Source: Tubulanus polymorphus (lineage: Eukaryota; Animalia; Nemertea). Taken from it: a stretch of DNA of 64,000 nucleotides. The notes under the pieces were generated by a model. That model searched no databases. It was not told the DNA's origin and saw only the letters and a program-made list of their open reading frames with translations. The stretch's first letter is position 1. Every line of letters starts with the position of its first letter. Below are positions 39,889 through 52,427 of the stretch, one piece after another. The stretch is from contig NC_134029.1 in the NCBI RefSeq assembly GCF_964204645.1, positions 434,001-498,000 of the forward strand. Reading direction: 5' to 3'. Position numbers and translations under genes: made by a program.

Positions 39889-40058
39889 TTGCGTTCAGTT
39901 TCCATGATGAAACCCTTATATTGTAAGTCGAGTATCGCTAAAGTTAAAACATCCCTGTATTCAGCATCAATTGGTACAGGAATCCCGTATCTTTTCTCGT
40001 CTAGAGGATGACCAACAACCATCATTTCACAATTCTGAGTCGCTGAATACAGATTTAC
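39889..40058 (-). pseudogene. Isolated ionotropic glutamate receptor / IR family exon (S2 ligand-binding segment); gene fragment
   Basis: ctacag|...|gtaagt exon translates to VNLYSATQNCEMMVVGHPLDEKRYGIPVPIDAEYRDVLTLAILDLQYKGFIMETERK, matching the iGluR S2 pattern NC..VG..LD.KGYGIA.P....RD....AIL.LQ..G......KW. No channel or M4 exons found nearby. Confidence 0.7.
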
Positions 40059-42012
40059 CTGTAGAATAAGATGAACATAGTTCCCCTGTTGCGGTCACCG
40101 GCCACGAGGAACACCAGTGACCGTAACGACGCCAATCAGCAGGAAATACCAGTACCACCAGAGATCGTACGACAGTTTTTTGGGCATTTTACGAGCAGTT
40201 CATGGAGCAACAACATGACTTAAACAGTGTCATTAGTCATGATAATTGATACTTCAAGCGAGGGACCCGTTTATGCGTCGTTTGTTCAACTGACTGGATA
40301 GCAAGATACAAAATTTCGATAAAATCAAATCTTGATTTATTCATTCTCAGTTTTTAATTCAATTTCGATCAAAGTAGAAATAAAATCATTAAAATCTTGT
40401 TTGCAGTTTTCACTCGAGTCTCAATCCTTTCAACTTAAAAGTTTAATTTTCTGATTAAAGAGATCCTACATTTGACTGTGATCCTAGAATCTCCTCTCAA
40501 CCACCACGACCCTCACTATCTGTCAGACGATCAAAATGTAATCAAAGATGGCCGCTAGTCCGCCACTATCAGATCGTAATTAGGACCAAAGCGATAATCA
40601 AATTTACTCTTGTCTTGTTCTCATCGCTACGTGCGTCTAATCAGAAATCTGGAGATATGTTTTCCATTAGCAATATCGCCGAGCATACCGCGGTAAGTGA
40701 GGTTATTCCGCCGGTTAAAAATTAGTTAAAAGTAAGCCGTCATCGTACGACCTACTCGACTCTCCTCACGCAGTGGTTTCAGGCCATATTCATTAATACA
40801 ATGAGTGTCTATGTCAATATCATTAATACCGGACCAGTCAAATATCATTACTGACTCGTATCCAACCATAGATAAACCGAAACCCATCTGCATCTATCGA
40901 GTCCGTCCATATACAACATAGCACTACCTGCGGGCTGCTGCTGCTACTGCCGCCGCTTCATAGTCTGTGCAAAAATCGATGTAAGCAATCGCGCGTATGT
41001 TGTAAATGGCCCCCAAAGCGCTTACAGACAACAGGGTCGTCGGTACATTCCATTCATCAACCACCAGTAAATCAGTCACTTTCTGATTAGTTTTAACATA
41101 TTCAAACCGACAGTTGAACAGCGCTGAGGCGAACTCTGCGCTGCCGTTGCTGAAATTGATTTGCAGCCGAGCTTGAAAAACTGACACCATAAATTCTACC
41201 GAGCCCAAATCATTCCCTTTTCGAAATATACATACCCCACGTGACGCATATACAAAATCCTATTGGCTGCTGTGTACAACAATGTTAGGATATTGTGACG
41301 TTGCTAAGTGTTATACCCCCTCTACAAAACATAGACCACGTGATGTGTATAAGCAAGTCTATTGGCTGCTCGAGTGCAACAATGTACATTGTAAATCGAG
41401 AAGCTGCTAGGAGACGTGGTATCCCAGCAGCCTCTAGAGTATCCGGTTCGTATTCGAGGTATTTTAGACCGATTAGTGTGTTTATTTAGTTAGCACTTTG
41501 GTAGTTGATCTGTCAGAGCGACTGTGGTGGTGGTAGGGGCTATCAAATTAACACTGGTTGCAGTGAAGTGACATTTCTCTTACTGACACCGGATCTGATA
41601 CCGTTTTTATCCATGGTTTCAGGCAGTTGAATAGATCACCTTATACCGGAGCGTCTATTTGACACACATGGAAACTGTTATTTTACGCTATTTTACGGAA
41701 CACTGACTGTCATTTGACTGTCACGTGAGACGGATTTGTATTTCAATTTTCTTTAATGACGCCTCCATTTTCTGTCACTGCAAAGGAAATTGCTTCCAGC
41801 TAGTTTTGATCTATCTTGGTTTAGTGCGTCATTTTTTGTATAGATATTCAACAGATTTACGAGATTCAAAAAAGTCAAACTAAGCATAGATTCGAACAGG
41901 GAACGTCTTGTACGTTCTAACCCCACTTACATTGCTTCCGGTATGAAAAATTCCCTAAGTCATCGCCTCGTAACCCTTACACCAACCATAGCTTGGCTAT
42001 AACCCTAACCCT

Positions 42013-42080
42013 AGCAGGACTCGAACCTGCGACCCCAAGCATGCCAGTGGAGCGTGCTAACCACTAAACCATAGATCAGT
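42013..42080 (-). mobile_element. tRNA-derived repeat (SINE-like or pseudo-tRNA), second copy
   Basis: Minus strand TGGTTTAGTGG ... GGTTCGAGTCC; shares ctatggt..ag..gttagc and tggcatg with the 27315 copy. Confidence 0.6.
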
Positions 42081-43832
42081 AGTGACTGGTGGAATTCGTA
42101 AGTCATTCTGGTCAGATGGTTAACCATTTGTGTGGTGACTGGTGGCCAGTCAGGTGTGGTGACTAAAAATACCTCACTGTCAGTCACATATTGCGCAAGT
42201 CACTATGAATCCTATTTTACATCATAAGATTGTATTGTTTTCATAGATTGCTGCTATTGTAACGATGTATAACATACTCTGTGACACTGGGTGACATCGA
42301 TGTCTGATGTAAAGATGCAATGTTATCTTATAAGACTATCAGAGACTGCAGGAGGATTTTAGAGTCACGTCGATAAAAACATGACGGTTTTGGTTGATAA
42401 TGCCGGTTACATGAAGGACTGATATTGAAATATGAATCTATCGATATTCGATCTGTTTCAACAAATTGAATTTCATCTTTCCATATATATATATATTTCA
42501 TTATTGAAACCACACCCACTAAAAACTATCGTATATCACTATTTATCGATCAGTACAATTTCGAACATCGTCATAAGTTAAGTCTCTTTAGATATGTAAC
42601 TATCCGTCTAGTTTAGACTGAATTTGAATAACAGTCAAACTCTCGTTACAAATCATATAATCATCAATGATCAGGTCGTGTGAATCTTAAAATTGCGCTT
42701 TTCCCATTCTCAAAACGCATTTCAAATCTGTCTCTGAAGTCGTATAAACGCGCAAAGTCGCACTAGGATTGAATGTCCCTATTTCCTTGCAAATCAAAAC
42801 GACACAACCGTAAGAAACTACGTAAGCGCTTCCTTAACTCAAATACTATGAGCCATTTTGAAAAGCGATAACAATCTTTCGCTCCCCGGAGTGATGAAGG
42901 TTTATGTATTTTCGATGTTCATACTGTTGTCGAGACTGAAATTTTCATCACGAATCGATGACGATGTTAACCCGATTCCCAGCAGACGTAGAAATAATTA
43001 GATCAGGGACGGTTTTAGGGACCGCAAACATGGAATATTAGCTCGATACGTTGATGGCTGTTCGTGTCAACACGCAAGACACTATTTCAATCGTGAACTC
43101 ATACGATAAACAGTAGAAAATTGAGAAATAAAATCAATATTAGAAGTTTGTAAACTCGTCGCTATTATAGTAACACGTTTGTTTTAATAGTGATTTTTCT
43201 GCATTGTTTGCCCGCGTACAATTTACGGGTGTTGTCATTTTTTCTCCGACTGAAATATGATTAATTCTCCCTCCCGAGGGCATATTCGAATAGGATAATC
43301 ATTAATTCAGACTCCGGTGACGGGGTTGATATCGGATGACGCGGCACCCACGTGTTTGGCGTCAAACCAAATACACCACAGAAGAAATCTTTACATAAGA
43401 TACAGTACGCGTGTAATGCGATACACATGTCTCCCTCTTTGAATCAAAGCCCGCTCACGCCTCCTCACAGCGACAAAAAAAAATCAATTTTCTTCTTCCA
43501 GAATCATTTTCCCATCCGTGTTGAAATGTCATCATCAATACATAATGAACCTGGATGATATTTTAAACCAGGGATTAACTCTCGTAATAATTTTCCTCCT
43601 AGTTGTTTTTGATAATGCATTTTTCTCGTAGTTGACCTTCTCACCGCCTTCTGCTGATTCTATTTACATATAAAATGAATTTTCCAATTTCCCTCGACCG
43701 AATAAATCAATTTACTTTTTATCCCTTTCACTGTCTCTAAATCCAATCTGATAGGATCGCTAGAAACACTTTATATTTATCGACGGAGAGGGGGTTTTCT
43801 GATTTCCGCATTTGTATCTATTTTTAGACACA

Positions 43833-46800
43833 ATGACGTCACACTATTTACTGTTTGCCGCGGTAGTTCTTTCTGTGATATGTTTGTCGACACCAGTCCA
43901 ACAGGGGGCGACACTAGCCGAACAAAAGACAACAGCGACTCAACAACAGAAGGCAAGACCAGGAGAGCAGTATCCGAAACCTAATGATCAGGTGAGTCAG
44001 TGTTGTAGCTTACGTCCAAATCTACGTCATCGATTGGAGGACTCCCTGACCTGAACTACCTTGTCGGGTAAGGAAATCCCTGACCGGAAGTACTTTATCG
44101 ATGATGCTATGATCGAATAACGTCAACAGGGCTCTTTGACCAGACTACGTCATCGAATTGGGGACTCTCAGACGTGAACTACGTCATCGAGTTGGGGACT
44201 CATTGACCAGACCACGTCATCGAGTTGGGGACTCTGTGACCAGACCACGTCATCGAATTGGGGACTCTATGACCAGACCACGTCATAGAATTGGGGACTC
44301 TTTGACCAGACCACGTCATCGAATTGTGGACTCTTTGACCAGACCACGTCATCGAATTGGTGACTCTCAGACGTGAACTACGTCATCGAGTTGGGGACTC
44401 ATCGACCAGACCACGTCATCGAGTTGGGGACTCTGTGACCAGACCACGTCATCGAATTGGGGACTCTATGACCAGACCACGTCATAGAATTGGGGACTCT
44501 CTGGCGTGAACTACGTCATCGAGTTGGGGACTCATTGACCAGACCACGTCATCGAATTGGGGACTCTCTGGCGTGAACCACGTCATCGAGTTGGGGACTC
44601 ATTGACCAGACCACGTCATCGAATTGGGGACTCTCTGGCGTGAACTACGTCATCGAGTTGGGGACTCCCTCAACTGACTACGTTTATGCATTACATAATA
44701 CAGAGATACACTACAATATAACCACACAGTGCATATTAGTGCAAATTGATTGAGATACCGCGTATCATAAACTCCCTCTCCAGTTTCTCTCGCTTCCCTC
44801 TTCACTTTTAGCGAATCACTATTTTTGATATGATTATATATAGAATGATATATCATATGATATTGAGAGCGAGATGAGAGTCAGTCATTGATTATTGATA
44901 TTCGTATAATATCAGGAGGGTTGTTTATAAGAATCCTATCTGTACGTGGACTGCACCGTTACCCGGAGACACCTAATGACATTTTCAGGACTACAGATTG
45001 AATGTTGTTATTGTTGATGTATCGGGACACTTTTTGCCTGTGGTCATCTTTCCGATAGTAAATCTAATTGTCAACCCGACCCGACCGGGCTGCGCATCTC
45101 ATATCACAAATACTTATACCTCTCAGAAAATAGCTTCATACAGAGCGATCACAGTTTATTAGGTTTATACGTCCGACCTTGTGGTCAGAGCGGAGCAGGT
45201 CTCATTTACAATTCATATCATATTTGACGACTCTAGACGCCGCAATTTGTTCCACGGAGAGCGACAATACATCGGTTACAACATTCTGATATTAAAATCC
45301 ATAAAAAGAAAATGAAAGAGAAATGTCTCCTCGAGTTATTCGACATACTAATTGTCATCTCCAGGACTGTTGCGACGTAATTATGAGAAATATAGTTCAG
45401 ATCTGGATTTTATCCATAATACATAATTCGATGAGTATAAGAATATAGTCGGACCATAGAATAGATGTATCTTGGAATTGCATCAGTCAGTCTACTGTTT
45501 ACACTGATCCTGTTTCGAGTCGTTTAAATATTGAATAGCTTTAAACACACTTCAAACTTCGACTCATAAATAAATTTTATGTTCTAATTCACAGTTGAAT
45601 CGGTTCGTTTTTTAAAAGCCATTAAAGCCATCGTGAATAGAATATAAGCTGGATTTATCTGTCGCGTTGATTATTGATTTATTTTTACGAGTGTAGAGCC
45701 TCATTAACCGGAGAACAGTCATTAAAACCTATCAGCCTCGTTTAAGCCTATTAGACACGTGACACACGTCGCCGCCATGTTTATTTAAATTAGCTACTTC
45801 CGCTTTAGAATCAACTCAATAACGGATGAGATCGTGAACAAGATTAACGTTCAGTGAAAAGAAACGCGAAGCGAATTCAATTAGTGCTGGTGGTGATTTC
45901 CTGAACCTATCAGTTCCGCAGAGTTAGTTGTAAAAGAATTTCACTCGATGTCATTGGAAGTGAACTGATTTAAAACCGTGAACCTCTTGGAATCCGGAAA
46001 ATAACTTTTAGAATTTATTCAGTAAGTAAGGAGTCTTCGATCAAAATTAGAATTCTCGCTCGATTTATTTTGATAAAAGTGGCTTGTCACATAAGGCTCG
46101 GTCCTAGGCTTTATTTGTACAGTCATGTTTCAAGTATAAGAAACGCCTTAAATCTTTAATATCTATCTTAATCAGAGTTTGATAGGATATCGGAGAAATA
46201 TCCACCTCGCTCGTCTGGTAAGCGAGGATGGGTTTAGAAGATGAGTTTAGATTGTGGTATCAGACAAACAGTGGCCGCGTGTAACTGACCTCACCTCTAT
46301 TCAGCAGCAGCGGTATCGCTACTACATTGTGGATTAGCCTTAAAAAAGCTAACATTTGTAGGATCATAGATTTTGAAGTTTTGATTTCAACAGGTAAAAT
46401 ACAAAAGACACTAGAGGCCATTGGCCAAATTCCAAAATGTTGTTCTGATTGAAATGAAGATTGAGATAAATATATGCTGAGGTGATAATGAAACGTATGA
46501 TGAAACATCGAATTCATCGATGGCGTTTAAGGATAATGTGTAGAAACTGCGACCCGGAAACTGCTTGTATAAGCGAGGAGCGAGTGAAGAATGTTATACC
46601 GGTGGGTTATTTGTGAGAATATCCCCAGCTGTGTTTTATACGATATGCACCGATAATAATAAAATACATGTATCTCTGAATCCCGTGAGATCGACATCGG
46701 GTTGATGAGAAATCCAGATACACGGATATATTGAAATACGAAGCATTCGTTCAATGGACCGTATATAGAAAAACGTGTGCAGAAAACCAAACATACATAA

Positions 46801-49800
46801 CTCCCGGTAACTGTGTGGTACGTAAAATAGTTGTGGCTCGGGGCACAGGTTGCATAGTCATCTTACAACTTAAGACCAGTCCGATAGATTTAAGCCTGAT
46901 TTTGGACTTGAATCACAACTGTGCGACTAGGCTCATTCATAGCTGAGACTTAAGACCAGCATTATGGTTTTAGACAACTTTCGCAAGTCTCGACGTGAAC
47001 CGGGCCCTGGTGCTATTTGCAACTGCAAAATGATCGTTTTTAGATTTGTGAATTCCGATTTTATTCCAGCTATCGACTAAAGGTTAGGGTTCACGCGTCT
47101 GATTTTGTTATAGATTTTCTTCAACTTAATTCTTTGATTAATTTACTCAATTGAATAAACCCAAGGTGTATTCACAACTCGTATAGCAGCTGTTCGTGAA
47201 GTTTCACGCTTTCCGGGCCTCATTCTGTTCAGTTACAGTAGATACACTGCAATTTTTATATGTAGTAAAATTGAAGCCTCGAGGGTAGAATTGAATGAAT
47301 ATGTTTGAAACGGAAGAATTTTCCACTAGCGATAAATTCACTGTCACCAGTCAATTTATCGCTCGCCATATACTACACAAGAAACGCATCTCAATATAGA
47401 ACTAGTTTCCCGGTGACATTTTACAGATGAAATACATTTCTGGATGTAAATTCAGTAACTGGTGATGTTTGTAAGAAACAGTTCCTGTGGCTCGGTTGAA
47501 GGCACTTCTCGCAATTATGACAAAAGGCTCTAATAGACTAGTCTGACGTTTCGAGTCAATTCTATGAACTATTTTCAGGGAATAAGTCTAGTTTTTTCTG
47601 CAAATGACTCACCGAAATCATTCGAAACGTCACTGCTCTCTCAGTTTTGTTGAAGATGGCTCTTAGAATTGAATCTACATAAATGTCACTACTCTCTAAG
47701 TCTTTCTTGAGCCTTTTTAAGATTATAGACTGTCACTGTGTATGGAAACTATTCCCGGGGGTCAGTTTCAGTATGTTCAATCAGAAACGACAGAACGATC
47801 TCGGCGGATGGTCAGTCAGTATTCCTCCTCAATTCGTTCTGTCGCGCTGACAAAAATTACTGATCGATTCAAAACTGTGGAGTCTTAAAGGTCGAGACGA
47901 GAACAAGATGAGTTTCCTCGCTACTACTATCAGTGTATCAGATACAAATCTATTTAGAGTATAGAAACATGGAACCGACAGAGACGATGTCAATCTCATA
48001 TCACAATCAGATTGAAATTCTATCACAGAAGAAATGTATGCAATTAAATGAAGCTAGATCAGGAATCTTATAGAGAGTTGTTATTCCCAATCAGAAAATA
48101 TCAAGTCGTAGATATAGGTGAGATAGACAGCTAGTCTAATATAATAGGATAACCGAGAGAGGGGGAGAGATAGGTAGATAGATGATAGGATTGGAGAGAA
48201 AAATAGGATACCAAGTAATAAGATTCTGTATGCAAAAGTCTGTTTTTAATGAAATCAGAATGTCGCAGCTGTTGAAAAACCGATCAAGTGAAATGTATGG
48301 TTTCGGGTCACGCGAGAAAACAAATCATTGTTTTCTCGTAATTTTCTCGCTATCAAATTTATTTCAAATCATTTTGTTTTCTCACCCGAAATATTTGTTT
48401 TCTCGCTATCAAATTTGTTTTGAATTTTCTGGTGCACTCGTAAATCAGCCAAATAGAGATGGGTCAGGAAAGATGAACAGGTCAGGAAAGATGAACAGGT
48501 CTGGAAAGATGAACAGGTCAGGAAAGATGAACAGGTCAGGAAAGATGAACAGGTCTGGAAAGATGAACAGGTCAGGAAAGAAGAAGGGGTTAAAATGCAA
48601 TCTGATTATTACTGGTTGAGTCAAGAGGGTCCTGCGCTATGTTACAGAATTGTTCTTGTGACCGATAACTACATGTAAAACACACTGATAACGAATAACG
48701 AACGACTATTGACGGATGATTGACTACTTAGCAACACGCGATTTTCCATTTAAGACCTACAACATCGAGTTAATGACGAGATACTTAAGAGGAATTAGCC
48801 CTTGTCGCAGTTCGAGACGGCAGTGTATTGTATACCGAGAACTATTTACTGTCAGTGTTTTTATCACAGACAACAGACAGAGAGACCTAATAAATGACTG
48901 ACTTTATAGAGACCAGACAATGATCTCTTACGAGCTTCGTGACAACCCCCTCTCTAACCTGCCTCATATTTATCTATACAATAGAGAAGCTCGGTTTCAA
49001 AGCTGAATCACTGACGTTTACGCAGTGGTTGCATATTAGGTTCGAATCTGTCAGTGCATTTTATTCTATGTATCGGTATTTGAATTTTCTACAATTCCCA
49101 TCTTCCTGAATGGCTTCGGAGAAAACCCGTTATCGCTGCTTTGTAGCTATATTAGAATCTCTTTATAATTTCAGTTAGTACTAGATTTGGAAGGAATATC
49201 TCATGATGACGGTAATAATGATGATCCTAAACGAACGATGGTGATACCTAAAGAAGGCAAACAAGGCCAATATTACGTGTTCCATGATTATGATAAAGTA
49301 AGTATTGAACTATGAGGTATTCATTGTAATGTGACCTGTAATGTATAGAGGTATGAATGGGGTATGCATGTGGACTCCTGGGCCTTTTAGGTTATATATT
49401 ATATCCTCTAATTTCACTAGTTGTCCAGCGTTTCGTTTGACTTCATCTTGTATTTTTCGATTTCTAAATAAACCTACCTAATAAACTATCTGTTACGAGT
49501 TTGTCTCTAAATGTTTGCCCGAGGGGGAGGGAGGTTAGGATGGGGGTGGGTGTGGAGGGCGAATAGAATCCCGACACGCGATATTTCATTAAGATTCATT
49601 GTTTGCTGCTTCTAATTCAATTTCTACGTTCAATATTTACTGAAATGATAAATCAATGTTCGAGGCGTCGGATATTAATTAGATCTACTACATTTACAAA
49701 GACTTCAGTTTCTTACTCCTTCCGACCCGCGCCACCGACCCGCGCTACCGACCCGCGCCACCGACCCGCGCCACCGACCCGCGCTACCGACCCGCGCTAC

Positions 49801-52427
49801 CGACCCGCGCCACCGACCCGCGCTACCGACCCGCGCCACCGACCCGCGACTCTCACACTCGAGGGAGACACTTGTAAATTGGTTTTCTGAATTATGAGAG
49901 CAAAAAGACGCCGGAATTATGTAAACAATTTAAATGAAAAGCGGAGAATCGAGAGAATATTGAAATCTAATTTAATCAATCTATGAAGATTGTTTTTCTT
50001 TGAACTATGATCCGTATGATTGGTAAGATTTTACGATGTGTTGAAATTCTCTATTCAAATGATTCAATTGAATTAGAATCAGAACACTGTATGAACTCAT
50101 TCCCTTTCCTCCTTCGCTCTTTCTCTCTCCCTTTCACTCTCCTCCCCTCACTCTCCTCCCCTCACTTTCACTCTCCTCCTCACTTTCACTCTCCCCTCAC
50201 TCTCACACTCATCCACCGAATAACCAATTGATTCATACAACAAAAACCAGCATCAATAAACTACGATCGCTGGATGAAATTAATTGCGCTTTTCATCGAC
50301 TTTTCCTCGAGATCAATTATTCTATTCATTGTTATTTCACCGATAAGGCTGATAACACTCGTGCCCGGCTCGGCTTTATACGGCTGGTTTATCAGTGTCT
50401 GATCACTGCGGGAGAGAGAGAGAGAACTGTCGTTAACAGTGTACTGCCGTAAATCTTATCCCTGTGTAATAAAATACTAATAGATTCATGACTCCAATAG
50501 AATTCTTCTCGTACTGAAATTACCTTCACTTCTCCTTCTCCTCATCTTCACTCTCATTGATTCTCTTTCCCCGATCATCTCTAACATCCTCCTTTCCCGT
50601 CTGGTTTGTGTGGGTGTCGTACTGTCGTACGGACCGAGCTTATCTGACAGACAAGCGACAGAGAAGGTCAAATCCACAATCAGAAAACCGAAAGTTTTAA
50701 GGCATCGAAAAAGTTTTTTTAACCGATTTTTCGATATTGAGAACTTTTCGTTTCTTTCGAGTCTTTATTTGTGACACATTGCTAGAGGGTGACATGTGTG
50801 TCAGACATAAACTGACTAACCTCAGTAATTACCTACTGCAAACCCCTGGCATCTTGTCACCTATCTCTCCTGCACAATTAATGAATAATATCCCCAGACC
50901 GTTATCAGTAGAAAGCTTATTTAAAAATAACAGGAAGTCGATCCGATATCGCGAACCTGAGCTGACTTCCGGTTTGTGTATAATTAATATTCACGCTGGC
51001 ATTTATTCATTATCGAAGTTTCCCGTATTGCGTCTAACCCGAACCCCTTTGACATTTATATAACTTTATGTACAATCAACCTCACTGTGGCCTCACAGTG
51101 GCCTCACAGTGTGTCTGACTGTATAATATAGCGCCGATTGTTCATTTAAGATTCAGTATTCCTCCAGTTCGGTAAACATCACCTGGAATTGACTTTCTGA
51201 TTCAATTATGGAAATAATGCTTATTCGGCGAATAATCCATAATTACGACCGTATTAATATAGTATTGACTAGTTATCAATGCTTTTAATAATATCTCACC
51301 TTAAACTCTATGAATTAATAGATAGTAATTGAATTTATCTACGGACTAGAATTGGAGCTTGAATAATTCATAGCAGGGGATTCGATATCTCACCTTCTAA
51401 ACTCTATAAATCATGCAACGATAATTTTCGATATCCTTCTAGCAGTTTTCAATGAGTGCTGACAAAATAGTGATCTTACAAAAGCATTGAATACGATTGG
51501 ATCCGAGTATGATTCAAAAATGTAACTGAAAACGACCCGTTGAGAACCCCCGTTTGACTACAGTTTTAAAAATATGTCCTTTAATTCTAAATCTATAACT
51601 GAGGACTCAATTCGAACGCGTTTAGCTCTGAGAACGAAAAGATCTCATTAATCATCGCATTCTTTTTAAAAATCCGAATCATTCTTATTCCGCTGTCGTT
51701 GCAGGATTTGACAGTTTATCGCGACGCACCGAATAAAGTCTGTTACATATCACGGTTACCGAAACTAAAGAATAAACCGCAAGCGAACAAGGTAAAGTAC
51801 AAAATACTGAATTACTGAATAACTGAATTATCCTGTTATTAGTAATTGTAGTCGGTTCCTTATTGTACATAAATGAATAAATGGACGCATTCAAGCTAAA
51901 AGCTGTAATTTATAGTTTGTCCAATATTTTTGCATTTAAGCAATAATATAAAACACGGAGTCTATAGTTTATAATCAAAGGTTGCTTTCATTTACTTCTA
52001 GAGACGGGTCGATACACGCCATCTATTGTTGACGATGACAGTTAAGAACACGATCAACCCGTTGACCCGAGTTGGCGAGAAAATCGCGACGATTTGCGCC
52101 GGATATCGCGGTTTCCACGTGAAAGACACGAAAAGAGAACACCACCTAGCGGCCGAGAATGAAACTAAAGATCGTTGTCGTCGGTTCGCTCGACGCCGCA
52201 ATCGCTGGTGGTGTAAAGACTGCTGTATCATTACTGTTCATCGATTGGCTAGTTTTTCGTCGCCGGTTACGCCACCTACAACGACAACGACGGCCGGAAG
52301 TAGACAGAATAAAAAACAGCAAACCGGGAACTCGAGAAAAAAACTTAAAGATGGAGGCAGTCGTAGGAGAGGAGAGCGCAGGCGCGGCCGCAAGGATAAA
52401 AAGAGGAATCAACGCCGAAGAGACTAA
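43833..52427 (+). CDS. Secreted BRICHOS-domain precursor with a C-terminal cationic Cys-rich peptide (antimicrobial-peptide precursor candidate); 4 coding exons, 264 aa
   Basis: Exons 43833-43991 (signal peptide MTSHYLLFAAVVLSVICLSTP), 49175-49297 (..YYVFHDYDK), 51705-51791 (DLTVYRDAPNKVCYISRL..) and 52002-52427 (..RVGEKIATICAGYRGFHV-KDTKR..). All introns are phase 0 GT-AG. The HD-x-x-x-x-LT-x-Y...CYI and G-x-x-I-x-x-x-C motifs are BRICHOS hallmarks. AATAAA near 52642. Confidence 0.82.
44135..44668. repeat. 33/34-bp minisatellite, about 16 copies, in BRICHOS-gene intron 1
   Basis: Unit accagaccacgtcatcgaattggggactctgtg, with a degenerate lead-in from about 44010. Confidence 0.93.
48461..48581. 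repeat. 18-bp minisatellite, about 6.5 copies
   Basis: Unit ggtcaggaaagatgaaca. Confidence 0.93.
49722..49848. repeat. 13-bp GC-rich minisatellite, about 10 copies
   Basis: Unit ccgacccgcgc(c/t)a. Confidence 0.92.

Noticed and set aside
42001-42013. Interstitial telomeric sequence
   Set aside because: Only two TTAGGG units; too short to call.
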